64,000 nt of DNA, taken from assembly GCA_903953895.1 (NCBI GenBank), contig CAJBLH010000162.1, positions 939-64,938 of the forward strand, in the 5' to 3' direction. This stretch comes from an uncultured Desulfobacteraceae bacterium (GTDB lineage: Bacteria > Desulfobacterota > Desulfobacteria > Desulfobacterales > Desulfatirhabdiaceae). Each line of letters opens with the position of its first letter. Within the stretch, counting starts at the first letter, position 1. Both the position numbers and the translations under genes were made by a program. Shown in pieces: positions 46,562 to 59,988 of this stretch. The notes under the pieces were generated by a model. It saw only the letters and a list, made by a program, of their open reading frames with translations, was not told the origin of the DNA and searched no databases.

Positions 46562-47698
46562 ATGAAGAAGAAAGTCGTGAATAAGCAGTTCATTACCGTC
46601 ATCGTTGCAGGGCTGTTGGTGCTAACATTTACAGGGGTCGGCAGTGCGGCCGATACCATAAAAATGGGTGTCGGCGGCGCTCACAGCGGGGACCTGGCCT
46701 CTTACGGCCTGCCGATTGTCAAGGCCGTCAAGCTGGTTGCAGAAGATGTGAACGCCAAAGGCGGAATTCTGGGTAAACAAGTTGAAGTGATTGCAGAAGA
46801 CGATGTATGCAAGCCGGAAGTGGCTACCAATACGGCCACCAAGCTGGTCTCCCAGGGGGTAACCGTTGTGGTCGGTCATGTCTGCAGCGGCGCCACCAAA
46901 GCGGCCATGGATATCTACAAAGACGCCAAGGTTGTTGCCATGTCCGGTTCCGCCACGAATCCGGACCTCACACAGAGCGGAAAATACCCTAATTTTTTTA
47001 GAACCATCGCCTCCGACGATGCCCAGGCAAAGCTTGAAGTTGATTTTGCTCTGGATGTCCTGAAACTTAAAAAAATTGCCGTTCTGCACGATAAGGGCGA
47101 TTATGGCAAAGGTCTGGCTGAATTTGCCAAAACATTCATCGAAAAATCCGGAAAAGCTCAGGTCGTCCTTTTTGAGGGGATCACCCCCGGTGCTGTGGAT
47201 TATTCATCGGTTGTCAACAAGGTGAAGAAAGCCGGCGCCGAAGCCATTATTTTCGGTGGATATCACCCGGAAGCTTCAAAAATCGTCAGCGAAATGCGCA
47301 AAAGCAAAATGAAAATAGCTTTTATTTCCGATGACGGAGTAAAAGACGAAACCTTTATCAAGGTTGCCGGAAAATATGCTGAAGGCGTTTATGCAACCGG
47401 CCCCAAAGACACATCGACCAACCCGTTGGACAAAGCCGTTAAAGAAGCCTATAAAAAAGCTTATGGCGAAGATGTGGGGGTATTTTCCATCAATGGATAT
47501 GCAGCCGCTCAGGCGCTGTTAAATGCCATCCAGAAAGCCGGTTCAACCGATTACGACGCCATTGTCAAGGCGTTGCGGACCGAACAGGTGGATACGCCGC
47601 TGGGGAAAATCAAATTTGACGATCGCGGAGACGCCATCGGTGTGGGATTTTCGGTGTATCAGGTCAAAGACGGGAAATATGTCGAGTTGAAGAACTAA
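46562..47698 (+). CDS. livK: branched-chain amino acid ABC transporter substrate-binding protein
   Basis: Signal peptide, KMGVGGAHSGDLASYG and the LivJ/K fold. It is the first gene of the liv operon. Confidence 0.9.
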   Translation: MKKKVVNKQFITVIVAGLLVLTFTGVGSAADTIKMGVGGAHSGDLASYGLPIVKAVKLVAEDVNAKGGILGKQVEVIAEDDVCKPEVATNTATKLVSQGVTVVVGHVCSGATKAAMDIYKDAKVVAMSGSATNPDLTQSGKYPNFFRTIASDDAQAKLEVDFALDVLKLKKIAVLHDKGDYGKGLAEFAKTFIEKSGKAQVVLFEGITPGAVDYSSVVNKVKKAGAEAIIFGGYHPEASKIVSEMRKSKMKIAFISDDGVKDETFIKVAGKYAEGVYATGPKDTSTNPLDKAVKEAYKKAYGEDVGVFSINGYAAAQALLNAIQKAGSTDYDAIVKALRTEQVDTPLGKIKFDDRGDAIGVGFSVYQVKDGKYVELKN

Positions 47699-47722
47699 CC
47701 GATAAAATAGTGGAATACCTCG

Positions 47723-47762
47723 GGGGACAGGTGTGGCCGATGATACCCGTCCCCTGTTTTTT
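47723..47762 (+). terminator. intra-operon terminator/attenuator after livK
   Basis: ggggacaggt pairs with acccgtcccc at 9/10 positions around a 12-nt loop, followed by tgtttttt. Confidence 0.6.
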
Positions 47763-47818
47763 ACCTTGTTCAGGCCAATGTTTCCGTGCCGGTTTAAAAG
47801 GAAGAAGGCTGGGTATCG

Positions 47819-48721
47819 ATGGAATATTTCTTTGAGCTTTTTCTGGGGGGCCTGACACGTGGCAGCATTTATGCGCTGATTGCCCTTGGCTACACCATGG
47901 TTTACGGCATCATCGAGCTGATCAATTTCGCCCATGGTGAAATTTATATGATCGGCGCATTTACGGCGCTGATTGTGGCCAGTGTACTGACGGTCATGGG
48001 GCTGAACGAGTTTGCGATTCTGGTTCTGGCGTCGATTGCAGCAGCGGTTTATTCGGCCGCTTATGGCTATACGGTGGAAAAAATCGCCTATAAGCCCCTG
48101 CGTCATGCCCCGCGGCTTTCCCCGCTGATCAGCGCCATCGGCATGTCCATTTTCCTTCAAAACTATGTTCTTCTGGCCCAGACATCCGATTTTCTGCCGT
48201 TTCCCAGCCTGATCCCGGATTTTGAATTCTGGGAGCCTTATTCCCACCTGCTGCGATCCACGCAACTGGTTATCCTGGTTACCACCACCGTGATCATGGT
48301 GCTGCTGACGCTCTTGATCAAATATACCAAAATCGGAAAGGCCATGCGGGCAACGGCTCAGGATCGCAGTATGGCGATGCTGGTGGGTGTCAATGTCAAT
48401 CAGGTGATTTCCATGACCTTTGTCATCGGCTCCTGCCTGGCGGCGGTTGGTGGCGTATTGATTGCCTCGCATATTGGTCAGATCAATTTTTTCATTGGTT
48501 TTATCGCCGGAATCAAGGCATTCACAGCTGCGGTGCTGGGCGGTGTCGGCAGTATTCCCGGTGCGGTACTCGGAAGTCTGATTCTCGGCCTGACGGAAAG
48601 CTTCGCCACCGGCTATGTGTCGAGCGACTATGAAGATGTTTTTGCGTTTGCATTGCTGGTTTTGATCCTGATTTTCAGACCGGCTGGCCTCCTTGGCAGA
48701 TCCACCATGCAAAAAGTATAG
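47819..48721 (+). CDS. livH: branched-chain amino acid ABC transporter permease LivH
   Basis: 300 aa, multi-TM, with LivH-type N-terminus FFELFLGGLTRGSIYALIALGYTMVYG. Confidence 0.9.
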   Translation: MEYFFELFLGGLTRGSIYALIALGYTMVYGIIELINFAHGEIYMIGAFTALIVASVLTVMGLNEFAILVLASIAAAVYSAAYGYTVEKIAYKPLRHAPRLSPLISAIGMSIFLQNYVLLAQTSDFLPFPSLIPDFEFWEPYSHLLRSTQLVILVTTTVIMVLLTLLIKYTKIGKAMRATAQDRSMAMLVGVNVNQVISMTFVIGSCLAAVGGVLIASHIGQINFFIGFIAGIKAFTAAVLGGVGSIPGAVLGSLILGLTESFATGYVSSDYEDVFAFALLVLILIFRPAGLLGRSTMQKV

Positions 48722-48775
48722 GCCCCGAAAATGATTTCATGTGTCTTCAAGTTTAACATGCGTGTGACGGTATAA

Positions 48776-49993
48776 ATGATGCCAACCTTATCTGAAATTA
48801 AAAAATCGTTTCTGGTATCCCTCTGGTTCATGTTTCTTACCTTCCCGATCATGGTCATCCGGGTCAACACCACGGAAAAACTGGTGCTGTGGCGATGGGA
48901 AAACATGGCCTATATGGGCATTGGCAGTTTTCTGCTTTCTTTTGTCTGGCGGTATATGCTCTGGCGAAAAGAAACCGGAAAAAAAGATAGCGAGTCCGGA
49001 ACGCTGCAACTGCCGTCATTTTTTGAACGGATATTGTCGGATCGCCGATATATCGTTCCAGCGACTGCTGCCGGCATTGCACTGGTGGCGATTTTCCCTT
49101 TTGTGATGGACACCTATCAGACCAACATCATGATCACAGCCCTCATGTACATCGTTCTGGGACTGGGGCTGAACATCGTTGTCGGGCTGGCCGGCCTTCT
49201 GGATCTGGGATATGTGGCTTTTTATGCGGTTGGCGCCTACACGTATGGGCTTTTGAATCATCATTTCGGACTCGGGTTCTGGACTGTTCTGCCGATAGGT
49301 GCGGTGATGGGGGCTTTTTTCGGAATACTTCTCGGGTTTCCGGTTCTGCGTCTTCGGGGGGATTATCTGGCCATCGTCACCCTGGGTTTTGGCGAAATCA
49401 TTCGTCTGATACTTGAAAACTGGAACGAATTTTCGTTTGGCCCCAGCGGTATCGCCCAGATTGCCAGGCCTTCTTTGTTCGGCATTCAGTTGTCACTTTC
49501 CAGCTCCATCATTTATTTATATTTCGTGATGATCGGCATGGTGCTGTTCACTATTTTTGTCGTCAATCGGTTGCAGAATTCCCGGATCGGCCGGGCCTGG
49601 ATCGCCTTAAGGGAAGATGAAGTGGCCTGTCAGGCCATGGGAATCGACAAAACCCGTACCAAACTGACGGCGTTTGCGCTGGGCGCTACCTGGGCCGGCA
49701 TGGTCGGGGTTATCTTCGCCGCCAAAACGACATTTATCAATCCCGCCAGCTTCACGTTTCTGGAATCGGCGATGATTCTGGCCATCGTCGTTCTGGGCGG
49801 AATGGGCTCCATTGTCGGCGTCTCCATTGCCGCCCTGATCCTGATTTTGCTGCCCGAATACCTCAGGGCGTTTTCCGAATTCAGAATGCTTATTTTCGGA
49901 GCCATCATGGTCATCATGATGGTTTTTCGTCCGCAGGGAATTGTCGCCAATGTCCGCCGGAGCTATAAGTTCCAGCCCGATAAACATTCTTGA
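48776..49993 (+). CDS. livM: branched-chain amino acid ABC transporter permease LivM
   Basis: GLNIVVGLAGLLDLGYVAFYAVGAY motif. Confidence 0.9.
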   Translation: MMPTLSEIKKSFLVSLWFMFLTFPIMVIRVNTTEKLVLWRWENMAYMGIGSFLLSFVWRYMLWRKETGKKDSESGTLQLPSFFERILSDRRYIVPATAAGIALVAIFPFVMDTYQTNIMITALMYIVLGLGLNIVVGLAGLLDLGYVAFYAVGAYTYGLLNHHFGLGFWTVLPIGAVMGAFFGILLGFPVLRLRGDYLAIVTLGFGEIIRLILENWNEFSFGPSGIAQIARPSLFGIQLSLSSSIIYLYFVMIGMVLFTIFVVNRLQNSRIGRAWIALREDEVACQAMGIDKTRTKLTAFALGATWAGMVGVIFAAKTTFINPASFTFLESAMILAIVVLGGMGSIVGVSIAALILILLPEYLRAFSEFRMLIFGAIMVIMMVFRPQGIVANVRRSYKFQPDKHS

Positions 49994-50811
49994 TGCGGAT
50001 ATCCCCATCTATGGAAACCATACTGGAAGTAAACGGACTGACGATGGATTTCGGCGGACTGCGTGCGCTGGATCATCTGAATATCGATATCCGAAGGGGA
50101 GAAATCGTTGCCCTGATTGGTCCCAACGGGGCCGGGAAAACCACTTTTTTCAACTGCATCACCGGGATTTATCTGCCGACCCAGGGGGATATCATCATTT
50201 CGCCTCCCAAGGCTGAAGGTACCCATAAGCGCGAGCGGATCAACGGGTTGAAGCCCAATCAGGTAACCGAAAAAGGCATGGCCCGCACGTTTCAGAACAT
50301 CCGCCTCTTTCCGAACATGACGGTTCTCGAAAATGTGATGATCGGCAGGCACTGCCGGACCCGTGCCGGGGTTGCCGGAGCCATATTCCGCAATCGGGCC
50401 ATGGTCAGAGAAGAACAGTCTATTGTCGATGACAGTTTCCGGGTTCTGGAAAAAATCGGGCTGGCCAGATATGTCAACGATCAGGCCAGGAATCTGCCCT
50501 ACGGCGCTCAGCGTCTTCTTGAAATCGCCAGAGCCCTGGCGACCGAACCTTTCCTGATTCTTCTTGATGAACCGGCAGCCGGCATGAATCCACAGGAAAC
50601 GCACGAACTCGATGAATTGATCACGCGGATTCGGGATGACGAAGGTATTTCCATCCTGTTGATCGAACATGACATGAAACTTGTCATGAGTCTGTCGAAC
50701 CGGATTTTTGTCATGGATTACGGCAAGAAGATCGCACAGGGAACACCCGAAGAAATCCGCAACAATCCTGTGGTGATCAAGGCATACCTTGGAGAAGAAA
50801 TCGATGCTTAG
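49990..50811 (+). CDS. livG: branched-chain amino acid ABC transporter ATP-binding protein LivG
   Basis: Walker A GPNGAGKTT and a LivG-specific insertion. Confidence 0.9.
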   Translation: MMRISPSMETILEVNGLTMDFGGLRALDHLNIDIRRGEIVALIGPNGAGKTTFFNCITGIYLPTQGDIIISPPKAEGTHKRERINGLKPNQVTEKGMARTFQNIRLFPNMTVLENVMIGRHCRTRAGVAGAIFRNRAMVREEQSIVDDSFRVLEKIGLARYVNDQARNLPYGAQRLLEIARALATEPFLILLDEPAAGMNPQETHELDELITRIRDDEGISILLIEHDMKLVMSLSNRIFVMDYGKKIAQGTPEEIRNNPVVIKAYLGEEIDA

Positions 50812-51511
50812 GGTAAACGGCGTTTCAACATATTACGGGAATATCCAGGCGCTGAAGAACATCAGCATGGAGGTTTCCGAAGGGGAGATCATCACCCTGA
50901 TCGGCGCCAATGGTGCTGGAAAAACCACCACCCTGATGTCTATTTCCGGACTTGTTCCGCCCAGACAAGGAGAAATTATCTTCAAAGACCGGCCCATCCA
51001 TGGCATGAGCCCGGAAAAAATTGTCGCTCTGGGGATCAGTCAGGTTCCGGAAGGTCGCAGGATATTTCCCTATCTGACGGTTGCGGAAAATCTCGATATG
51101 GGCACTTTTCTGCGAAACGATAAAGACAATATCCGAAAAGATCTTGCCTATATCTGGGATTTGTTTCCAATTCTATCCAAGAGAAGGCATCAGGCCGGGG
51201 GTACGCTCAGCGGCGGCGAGCAGCAGATGCTTGCCATATCCCGGGCCTTGATGGCCAGACCGAAACTGCTGCTGCTCGATGAACCTTCTCTGGGGCTGGC
51301 TCCCTTGATTGTCCGCCAGATATTTGAAATCATCATGAAGATAAATATCGAAAACAACACCACCATTTTTCTGGTCGAGCAAAATGCCAATCTTGCCCTC
51401 AAAGTGGCCCACAGAGGCTACGTCATGGAGAACGGTGCGATCACGATGGCCGATTCCGCGCCGAACCTCCTGAGCAATGAAGCCGTCAAGAAAGCCTATC
51501 TGGGGCTCTAG
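50804..51511 (+). CDS. livF: branched-chain amino acid ABC transporter ATP-binding protein LivF
   Basis: Walker A GANGAGKTT and signature LSGGEQQML. The start overlaps livG by 8 nt. Confidence 0.9.
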   Translation: MLRVNGVSTYYGNIQALKNISMEVSEGEIITLIGANGAGKTTTLMSISGLVPPRQGEIIFKDRPIHGMSPEKIVALGISQVPEGRRIFPYLTVAENLDMGTFLRNDKDNIRKDLAYIWDLFPILSKRRHQAGGTLSGGEQQMLAISRALMARPKLLLLDEPSLGLAPLIVRQIFEIIMKINIENNTTIFLVEQNANLALKVAHRGYVMENGAITMADSAPNLLSNEAVKKAYLGL

Positions 51512-53853
<2,342 letters not shown>

Positions 53854-53933
53854 AAAACTTTGGTTCATCGTGGATTGACGTGAAAGCCGGGTACGACCAT
53901 CGTTTCTGTCGATTCGTTGAATGATTTTATTTG

Positions 53934-53969
53934 CCGCTGGTTCCCAAGCTGGAGCTTGGGAACCAGCGG
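53934..53969. terminator. perfect 16-bp palindrome ccgctggttcccaagc-tgga-gcttgggaaccagcgg between convergent acyP and HU (REP-like, related to 21757-21786)
   Basis: The arms at 53934-53949 and 53954-53969 are fully complementary. Confidence 0.6.
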
Positions 53970-54028
53970 ACTTGTGTTATTGTCACGCTAAAATTGTTTT
54001 TCTGAATGTCTGTAGGAATCAGGCGCAG

Positions 54029-54304
54029 TTATATGCCTTCCTTCAGTTTTTTTCCGGGGCGGAACTTGACCACATTGCTTTTTTTGATTTTAATGGCTTC
54101 ACCGGTTCGGGGATTGCGACCCTTGCGGGCTTTGCGTGTGGTTTTCAAAAATGTGCCAAAACCGACCAGCGTCACTTTGCCGTCTTTCTTGTCTTTAAGC
54201 GCCTTGCCGATTCCATCCATAAAGGAATTGAGCGCTGCGCTGGCGGCCGCTTTGGTAATTCCCGCCTCCTGAGCCATCTTGTCAACCAAATCTGATTTTG
54301 TCAT
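54029..54304 (-). CDS. hup: HU family DNA-binding protein
   Basis: MTKSDLVDKMAQEAG...GFGTF...RKGRNPRTGE. The start is set at Met26 of the track ORF. Confidence 0.9.
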   Translation of the reverse strand: MTKSDLVDKMAQEAGITKAAASAALNSFMDGIGKALKDKKDGKVTLVGFGTFLKTTRKARKGRNPRTGEAIKIKKSNVVKFRPGKKLKEGI

Positions 54305-54477
54305 TGTTGCTTGCCCCCCATAATAGATTGTTTTGAATTCATGAGCCTGATTATCTGCAATGTTTACAGAACACTGCATGTGATGTCAACAGAAAATCAT
54401 TGTTTATCAACAGTTAATGGCTTTTAAACCAAACAAATCGGTATTCCAACAAGGTTTTCCGGATTCAGTATCTTGCT

Positions 54478-55482
54478 TTAAAACAAGGCATCCACAAATT
54501 CTTCAGAATTGAACAACTGAAGATCCTCGATGTTTTCCCCGATTCCGATATATTTCAGGGGTAGTTTTAGATCATGGCAGATACTGACTGCTATCCCGCC
54601 CTTTGCGGTTCCATCCAGTTTGGTGAGCGCCAGTGCGGTTACGCCGATGGATTCATGAAACAAGCGTGCCTGGGAAATGGCATTCTGTCCGGTCGTCGCA
54701 TCCAGGACCAGAAGCGTTTCGTGCGGTGCATTCGGGATTTTTTTGGAAACGGATCTTCGGATCTTTTTCAATTCTTCCATGAGATTAATACGCGTATGCA
54801 GCCTGCCTGCGGTATCAACGATCACCACATCAATGTTTCGCGCCATGGCCGCTTCCACGCCGTCAAAGGCAACCGCCGCAGGATCGGCTTCATGCTTGTG
54901 TCTGACAATTTCAGCGCCGGATCGCTCTGCCCATATGGTCAACTGCTCGACAGCCGCAGCTCGGAACGTATCTGCGGCGGCAATCAAGACTTTTTTCCCG
55001 TCATGAGCGAACTGTGCGGCCAGTTTCCCGATAGTCGTGGTTTTTCCGACACCATTGACCCCGACAACCATAATGACAAGTGGCTTATGTACGGTATCCG
55101 AAACAATTGTATCGACACTCAACAATTCCAGAATTTCCTGCTTCAGGGCTTTTTTGAATCCGTCTGCATCCAGTTTCGCCGACAAAAACTTTTCAGATAT
55201 CCGCTGTATCAAGTCGGTTGTGGTTTTGACACCAATATCTGCGGTAATCAGCAACTCCTCCAATTCTTCCAGGAGTTCATCGTCTATCTGACGTTTTCCG
55301 ACAAAAAGTTTGTCGATGTCTGTTGTCAGAACCTGACGGGTTTTGGAAAGCCCGTCTTTAAGTTTCTGAAGCAGACCGCGGGAAGGCGGCGTGTCGATCG
55401 GAGGAGGAGTCTCTGGCTTATCCATCTCCGGAGAAGTGGAATCTGCCGTATCCTTGTTTTTTTTGAACCAGTTCAATGCCAT
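54478..55482 (-). CDS. ftsY: signal recognition particle receptor FtsY
   Basis: GVNGVGKTTTIGKLA, DTAGR and TKLDGTAKGG. Confidence 0.95.
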   Translation of the reverse strand: MALNWFKKNKDTADSTSPEMDKPETPPPIDTPPSRGLLQKLKDGLSKTRQVLTTDIDKLFVGKRQIDDELLEELEELLITADIGVKTTTDLIQRISEKFLSAKLDADGFKKALKQEILELLSVDTIVSDTVHKPLVIMVVGVNGVGKTTTIGKLAAQFAHDGKKVLIAAADTFRAAAVEQLTIWAERSGAEIVRHKHEADPAAVAFDGVEAAMARNIDVVIVDTAGRLHTRINLMEELKKIRRSVSKKIPNAPHETLLVLDATTGQNAISQARLFHESIGVTALALTKLDGTAKGGIAVSICHDLKLPLKYIGIGENIEDLQLFNSEEFVDALF

Positions 55483-55577
55483 TGAAGTCCTTTATCTGCA
55501 CATATATAAGTTGGCTCCGCCTTTACAGGTAAGCCCTCTGGGTGTGTCGGCCCCTGTCCATAACAAATAGACAGGGG

Positions 55578-56336
55578 TCAATGTAATATCTGACTGAGAA
55601 AAAGCTGGGTCCGTTCATGCTGAGGATTCTCGAAAAAAGCCTCCGGCGTATTGGATTCCACAATCTGACCGAAATCCATGAAGAGTACCCGGTGGGCAAC
55701 GCTCTTGGCAAAACCCATTTCATGGGATACAACGATCATGGTCATGCCTTCCTGGGCCAGGCTGATCATGACATCCAGAACTTCCTTGACCATTTCGGGG
55801 TCCAGGGCGGAGGTCGGTTCATCGAAGAGCATGATATTGGGCTTCATGCAAAGACTTCTGGCAATGGCCACACGTTGTTGCTGGCCGCCGGAAAGCTGTC
55901 CGGGATATTTTTTGGCCTGTTCGGCAATATGAACTTTTTCAAGATAATACATGGCTGTTTTTTCGGCTTCGACTCTGGGTATTTTGCGCACCCATACCGG
56001 TCCGATGGTCAGATTTTCCAGAATGGTCAGATGGGGAAACAAATTGAAATGCTGGAACACCATCCCCACCTCGGCCCGAATTTTTTCGATATTCTTGATA
56101 TTGTTGGTCAGTTCCGTACCATCGACGATGATTTTTCCCCGTTGATGTTCCTCCAGTCGGTTGATACAGCGGATCAGGGTGGACTTTCCGGAACCCGACG
56201 GACCGCAGATGACGATCCGCTCTCCTTTCTGGATGGTCAGATCGATGCCGCGCAGAACATGAAAATCTCCATACCATTTGTGCATATCGATGATTTCGAT
56301 GATAGCACCGGCTTCAGGTGGATCGATGGGGTTCAT
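55578..56336 (-). CDS. aapP: general amino acid ABC transporter ATP-binding protein
   Basis: GPSGSGKST and [15 protein letters not shown]. The start overlaps the aapM stop as ATGA. Confidence 0.85.
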   Translation of the reverse strand: MNPIDPPEAGAIIEIIDMHKWYGDFHVLRGIDLTIQKGERIVICGPSGSGKSTLIRCINRLEEHQRGKIIVDGTELTNNIKNIEKIRAEVGMVFQHFNLFPHLTILENLTIGPVWVRKIPRVEAEKTAMYYLEKVHIAEQAKKYPGQLSGGQQQRVAIARSLCMKPNIMLFDEPTSALDPEMVKEVLDVMISLAQEGMTMIVVSHEMGFAKSVAHRVLFMDFGQIVESNTPEAFFENPQHERTQLFLSQILH

Positions 56337-57424
56337 AGTTCTTTCTCCAGCTTTCTGCTGTAATTGGACATGGTATAGCAGCATACGAAATAAATACACG
56401 ACAGGAAAAAAAAGGCTTCTCTGGAAAAACCCATCCAGCTCGGATTGGCCAATGTTGTCTGAGTTGTTTTCAGAATATCGTACAAGCCGATGATGACCAC
56501 CAGGGATGTATCCTTGAATGCGGAAATCAGGATACTGACCGATGGGGGGATGACGATTTTCAGGGCCTGGGGCAGGATGATCAGGCGCATGGTCTGAACA
56601 TAATTCAGGCCAAGGGATTCGGCTGCCTCATACTGGCCTTTGGCGATTCCCTGAAGCCCTCCGCGGACCACTTCGGCGATGTAGGCCGCTGTAAACATGA
56701 TAATGGCAGCCTGCGCCCGCAGAATCTTGTTGATGGTCAGGCCTTCCGGAAGAAAGAGCGGAAAAATGACCGCAGACATGAAAAGCAGACTGACCAGGGG
56801 AACTCCCCGAATCATTTCGATATAAATAATACTGAGAAGTTTGATGGCCGGCATGCGCGATCTTCTGCCAAGAGCCAGAAGTACTCCCAGGGGATAGGCA
56901 GCGGCAAGTCCGAAAACCGCCAGAAGGAAAGTCAGCGGCAACCCTCCCCATTGCGTGCTTTCCACCGGGGCGAGTCCAAAAATGCCTCCCTTCATCAAGA
57001 CAGCCATAAAAAAAAGTCCGGCTGTCCAGGCATAGAAAAGCGTTTTTGACCACATCCGCCGATGCCTGCTGATCAGCAGCAGACCGATCAGGAGAATCAT
57101 GGCCGAAAGGGGGCGCCACTGCAATTCATACGGAAAAAAACCGAACAGAATAAAGCGGTAATTCGCCGAAATGATAGACCAGCAGGCTCCGCTCGCAGAT
57201 CGGCATTCTGTGGAAGTGGATGACCACAGACTGTCGATAAATATCCACCGAATCAGCGGGGGCACGATTTTACAGAGGAAAAAAAACGTGACAAGGGTCA
57301 GTACCGAATTGAATAAGCCGTTAAACAGGTTCGATTTGATCCACCCGATCACCCCGATGCTGGTTAAAGGTGGCCTGATATCGTCTATCTGGGCAGGGGA
57401 AGACAGATTGGAAGGCTGCGTCAT
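56333..57424 (-). CDS. aapM: amino acid ABC transporter permease (AapM-like)
   Basis: Long N-terminal multi-TM extension plus the polar amino acid permease core ([10 protein letters not shown]). Confidence 0.8.
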   Translation of the reverse strand: MTQPSNLSSPAQIDDIRPPLTSIGVIGWIKSNLFNGLFNSVLTLVTFFFLCKIVPPLIRWIFIDSLWSSTSTECRSASGACWSIISANYRFILFGFFPYELQWRPLSAMILLIGLLLISRHRRMWSKTLFYAWTAGLFFMAVLMKGGIFGLAPVESTQWGGLPLTFLLAVFGLAAAYPLGVLLALGRRSRMPAIKLLSIIYIEMIRGVPLVSLLFMSAVIFPLFLPEGLTINKILRAQAAIIMFTAAYIAEVVRGGLQGIAKGQYEAAESLGLNYVQTMRLIILPQALKIVIPPSVSILISAFKDTSLVVIIGLYDILKTTQTTLANPSWMGFSREAFFFLSCIYFVCCYTMSNYSRKLEKEL

Positions 57425-57469
57425 AGGGTTAGCCCATCCTGTTTCGGATTTTGTTTTTTGTGCCGATAG

Positions 57470-58699
57470 TCATCGTTCGATCAATGCAATTTTTTTGTTG
57501 TACCAGTTCATGAATGCAGAAGTGACGAGGCTGAAAATCAGATAGACCACCATAATCAGCGCAACGCCTTCGATGGCTTGTCCGGTTTGGTTGATGGTGG
57601 TGTTGGCAACCGATACAAAATCCGGAAATCCGATGGCAACAGCCAGGGAGCTGTTCTTGGTAAGATTGAGCATCTGGCTGGTCAGCGGGGGAACGATGAT
57701 GCGAAGCGATTGGGGAAGAATGACAAGATTCAGGGTCTGCCACGGTTTCAATCCCAGAGACATGGCTGCCTCGGTTTGCCCCTTGCTGACCGCCTGTATG
57801 CCGGATCGAACAATTTCCGCCACAAAAGCGGCGGTGTAAAGCACCAATCCGAGAAGAAGTGCTGTAAACTCGGGGCTGACGGTGAGGCCGCCGGTAAAAT
57901 TAAAGCCGGAAAGCCGGGGCATGTTCATGGCGGTCGGGGCGCCGAAAACAAACCAGGTGATCAAAGGAAACCCCAGTAAAACAGCGGATCCCGTACTGAA
58001 TACCGGAAACGCCAGACCGGTGCGATCCTGTCTTATTCTTGCCCATTTTCGAAGGAAATAAACACACAGGCACCCGGCCAGAAAGGCAACGGCAACATAC
58101 CCATATGCCGGATGAGGTTCTGGAACGCCAAAGGCAAGCCCCCTGTTGCATAGAAACATGCCAGGAAACGGTTCCAGCGCATTGCGGGGAGCGGGAAGCG
58201 AATCGTAAAAAACAGCATACCAGAAGATCAGTTGCAACAGAATGGGGATATCCTGGAAGAATTCGATATAAGCGGCAGCCATCCGTGAAACCAGCCAGTT
58301 GGAAGACAGTCTGGCAATGCCGACAAAAGTGCCCAGTACGACCGTCAGGACAATGCCGACGAATGCAACCTTGATGGTGTTCAGGATGCCGACAAGCAAG
58401 GCTCTGGCATAGCTGTCGGCTGCTGAATAGCGGATCAGCGACTCGCCAACCTCAAACGAAGCTTCTTTCTCCAGAAAATGGAAGCCCGTGGCAATGGATT
58501 GCCGCTGCAGGTTGGTTACCGTATTGGAGAACAGATAGTAAGCGATGAAGCCGACCACGGCAAGGGTCGCCAATTGGTATACAATGGCTCTTCTGGAAGG
58601 GTCTTGCCAGAAAGGAATGGAATTTTCAGTTTGTTTCGTGGATGACACGGAAGTATCCGAGTAGAGTGATTTGGGCAGTGTGCAGGAATGCGGAAGCAC
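57470..58699 (-). CDS. aapQ: amino acid ABC transporter permease (AapQ-like), GTG start
   Basis: 409 aa, multi-TM, with a HisM/GlnP-type core (AAFVAEIVRSGIQAVSKGQTEAA). Confidence 0.8.
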   Translation of the reverse strand: MLPHSCTLPKSLYSDTSVSSTKQTENSIPFWQDPSRRAIVYQLATLAVVGFIAYYLFSNTVTNLQRQSIATGFHFLEKEASFEVGESLIRYSAADSYARALLVGILNTIKVAFVGIVLTVVLGTFVGIARLSSNWLVSRMAAAYIEFFQDIPILLQLIFWYAVFYDSLPAPRNALEPFPGMFLCNRGLAFGVPEPHPAYGYVAVAFLAGCLCVYFLRKWARIRQDRTGLAFPVFSTGSAVLLGFPLITWFVFGAPTAMNMPRLSGFNFTGGLTVSPEFTALLLGLVLYTAAFVAEIVRSGIQAVSKGQTEAAMSLGLKPWQTLNLVILPQSLRIIVPPLTSQMLNLTKNSSLAVAIGFPDFVSVANTTINQTGQAIEGVALIMVVYLIFSLVTSAFMNWYNKKIALIER

Positions 58700-58728
58700 A
58701 CCTGCACGAACCGGGTCGGGCCAGTTAT

Positions 58729-59748
58729 CTATTTGAAATCAGGAGAATACATCAACCCGCCTTTTGTCCACAGAGCATTATACCCACGATCTAGACCCAA
58801 TGGTGTTGATGGGCCGACATTGCGATCAAATACTTCAGCATAATTGCCAACCTGTTTTATGATGTTATAAGCAAAATTTTCTTCCAGTCCTAAAGCTTTC
58901 CCGTTTCCAGGCACAACACCCAAAAAGCGTTGAATAGAAGGATTGGAGCTTTTAAGCATTTCATCCACATTCTTTGAGGAAATACCCAGTTCCTCAGCGT
59001 TTATAAGGGCTAAAACAGTCCAGTTGACAACATCTTTCCACTGGTTGTCGCCATGACGTACTGCCGGCGCCAGGGGCTCTTTGGAAATGATTTCCGGTAA
59101 AAAGATATAGTCTGAAGGATTCGGTGCTACCGACTTGGCACCTGCCAGTTGTGATGTATCTGATGTCAGGCAGTCACAGCGGCCGGCGAAGAAAGCTTTA
59201 TTCAGTTCAGCATTGTTTTCAATAACAACAGGTTTCATTTTCATGTTGTTGGATCTAAAATAATCTGCAACATTTTGTTCAGTGGTTGTACCAGGTAGAA
59301 CACATACGGTTGCACCGTTCAGTTCTTTTGCACTTTTGATATTCATTTTTTTCGGAACCAGAAAACCCTGCCCGTCGTAATAATTGACCTGTGCAAAATC
59401 AAGCCCTTGAGCAGTGTCCCGGCTCAGTATTATGGTAGCGTTGCGGCAGAGTACATCCACTTCTCCGGATTGAAGTGCTGTAAAGCGCTGAACGGCGGTG
59501 AGCGGTACAAACTTGATCTTTTTGGCATCGCCAAAAACGGCAGCGGCAATCGCCCGACCGGTATCCACATCGAGTCCTTTCCACTCTCCTTTTTCATCGG
59601 GAATACCGAAACCGGCCAACTGGCCATTGACGCCTACCTGAACGAACCCTTTGGCCTTGATGTCATCCAGCGTGCCGGCGCTGATACTGCCGGCGGCAAG
59701 AACCATGACAACGACGAATGCACAAACCCATAACTTTCGCAATTTCAT
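58729..59748 (-). CDS. aapJ: amino acid ABC transporter substrate-binding protein (AapJ-like)
   Basis: SD aaaggagg lies before ATG 59748. It has a signal peptide and a family-3 SBP fold. Confidence 0.8.
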   Translation of the reverse strand: MKLRKLWVCAFVVVMVLAAGSISAGTLDDIKAKGFVQVGVNGQLAGFGIPDEKGEWKGLDVDTGRAIAAAVFGDAKKIKFVPLTAVQRFTALQSGEVDVLCRNATIILSRDTAQGLDFAQVNYYDGQGFLVPKKMNIKSAKELNGATVCVLPGTTTEQNVADYFRSNNMKMKPVVIENNAELNKAFFAGRCDCLTSDTSQLAGAKSVAPNPSDYIFLPEIISKEPLAPAVRHGDNQWKDVVNWTVLALINAEELGISSKNVDEMLKSSNPSIQRFLGVVPGNGKALGLEENFAYNIIKQVGNYAEVFDRNVGPSTPLGLDRGYNALWTKGGLMYSPDFK

Positions 59749-59988
59749 TTTATCCTCCTTTTTGATAACTTGAATATGAACCAGCTTCATCAAATTGATA
59801 CACATCGATCAGTCAATTCGATACCATATGTGCTTTGACAATGGCAAGAGAAAAGGGCGCCCGCCGACTGGTTGAATTGAACACAGCCTGAACGGCCCCC
59901 CGATTTGAAGAAAATGTCGTAATGGAAAATGACCTGGTAAGCGCCAAAAAAACGGCGATGATCAAGGCATTCAAGGAGAAAAACACGG

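Noticed and set aside
47543-48712. 389-aa minus-strand ORF
   Set aside because: It is antisense to livH and the end of livK. The composition is dominated by R/G/Q/H/N runs. The plus strand has a complete liv operon.
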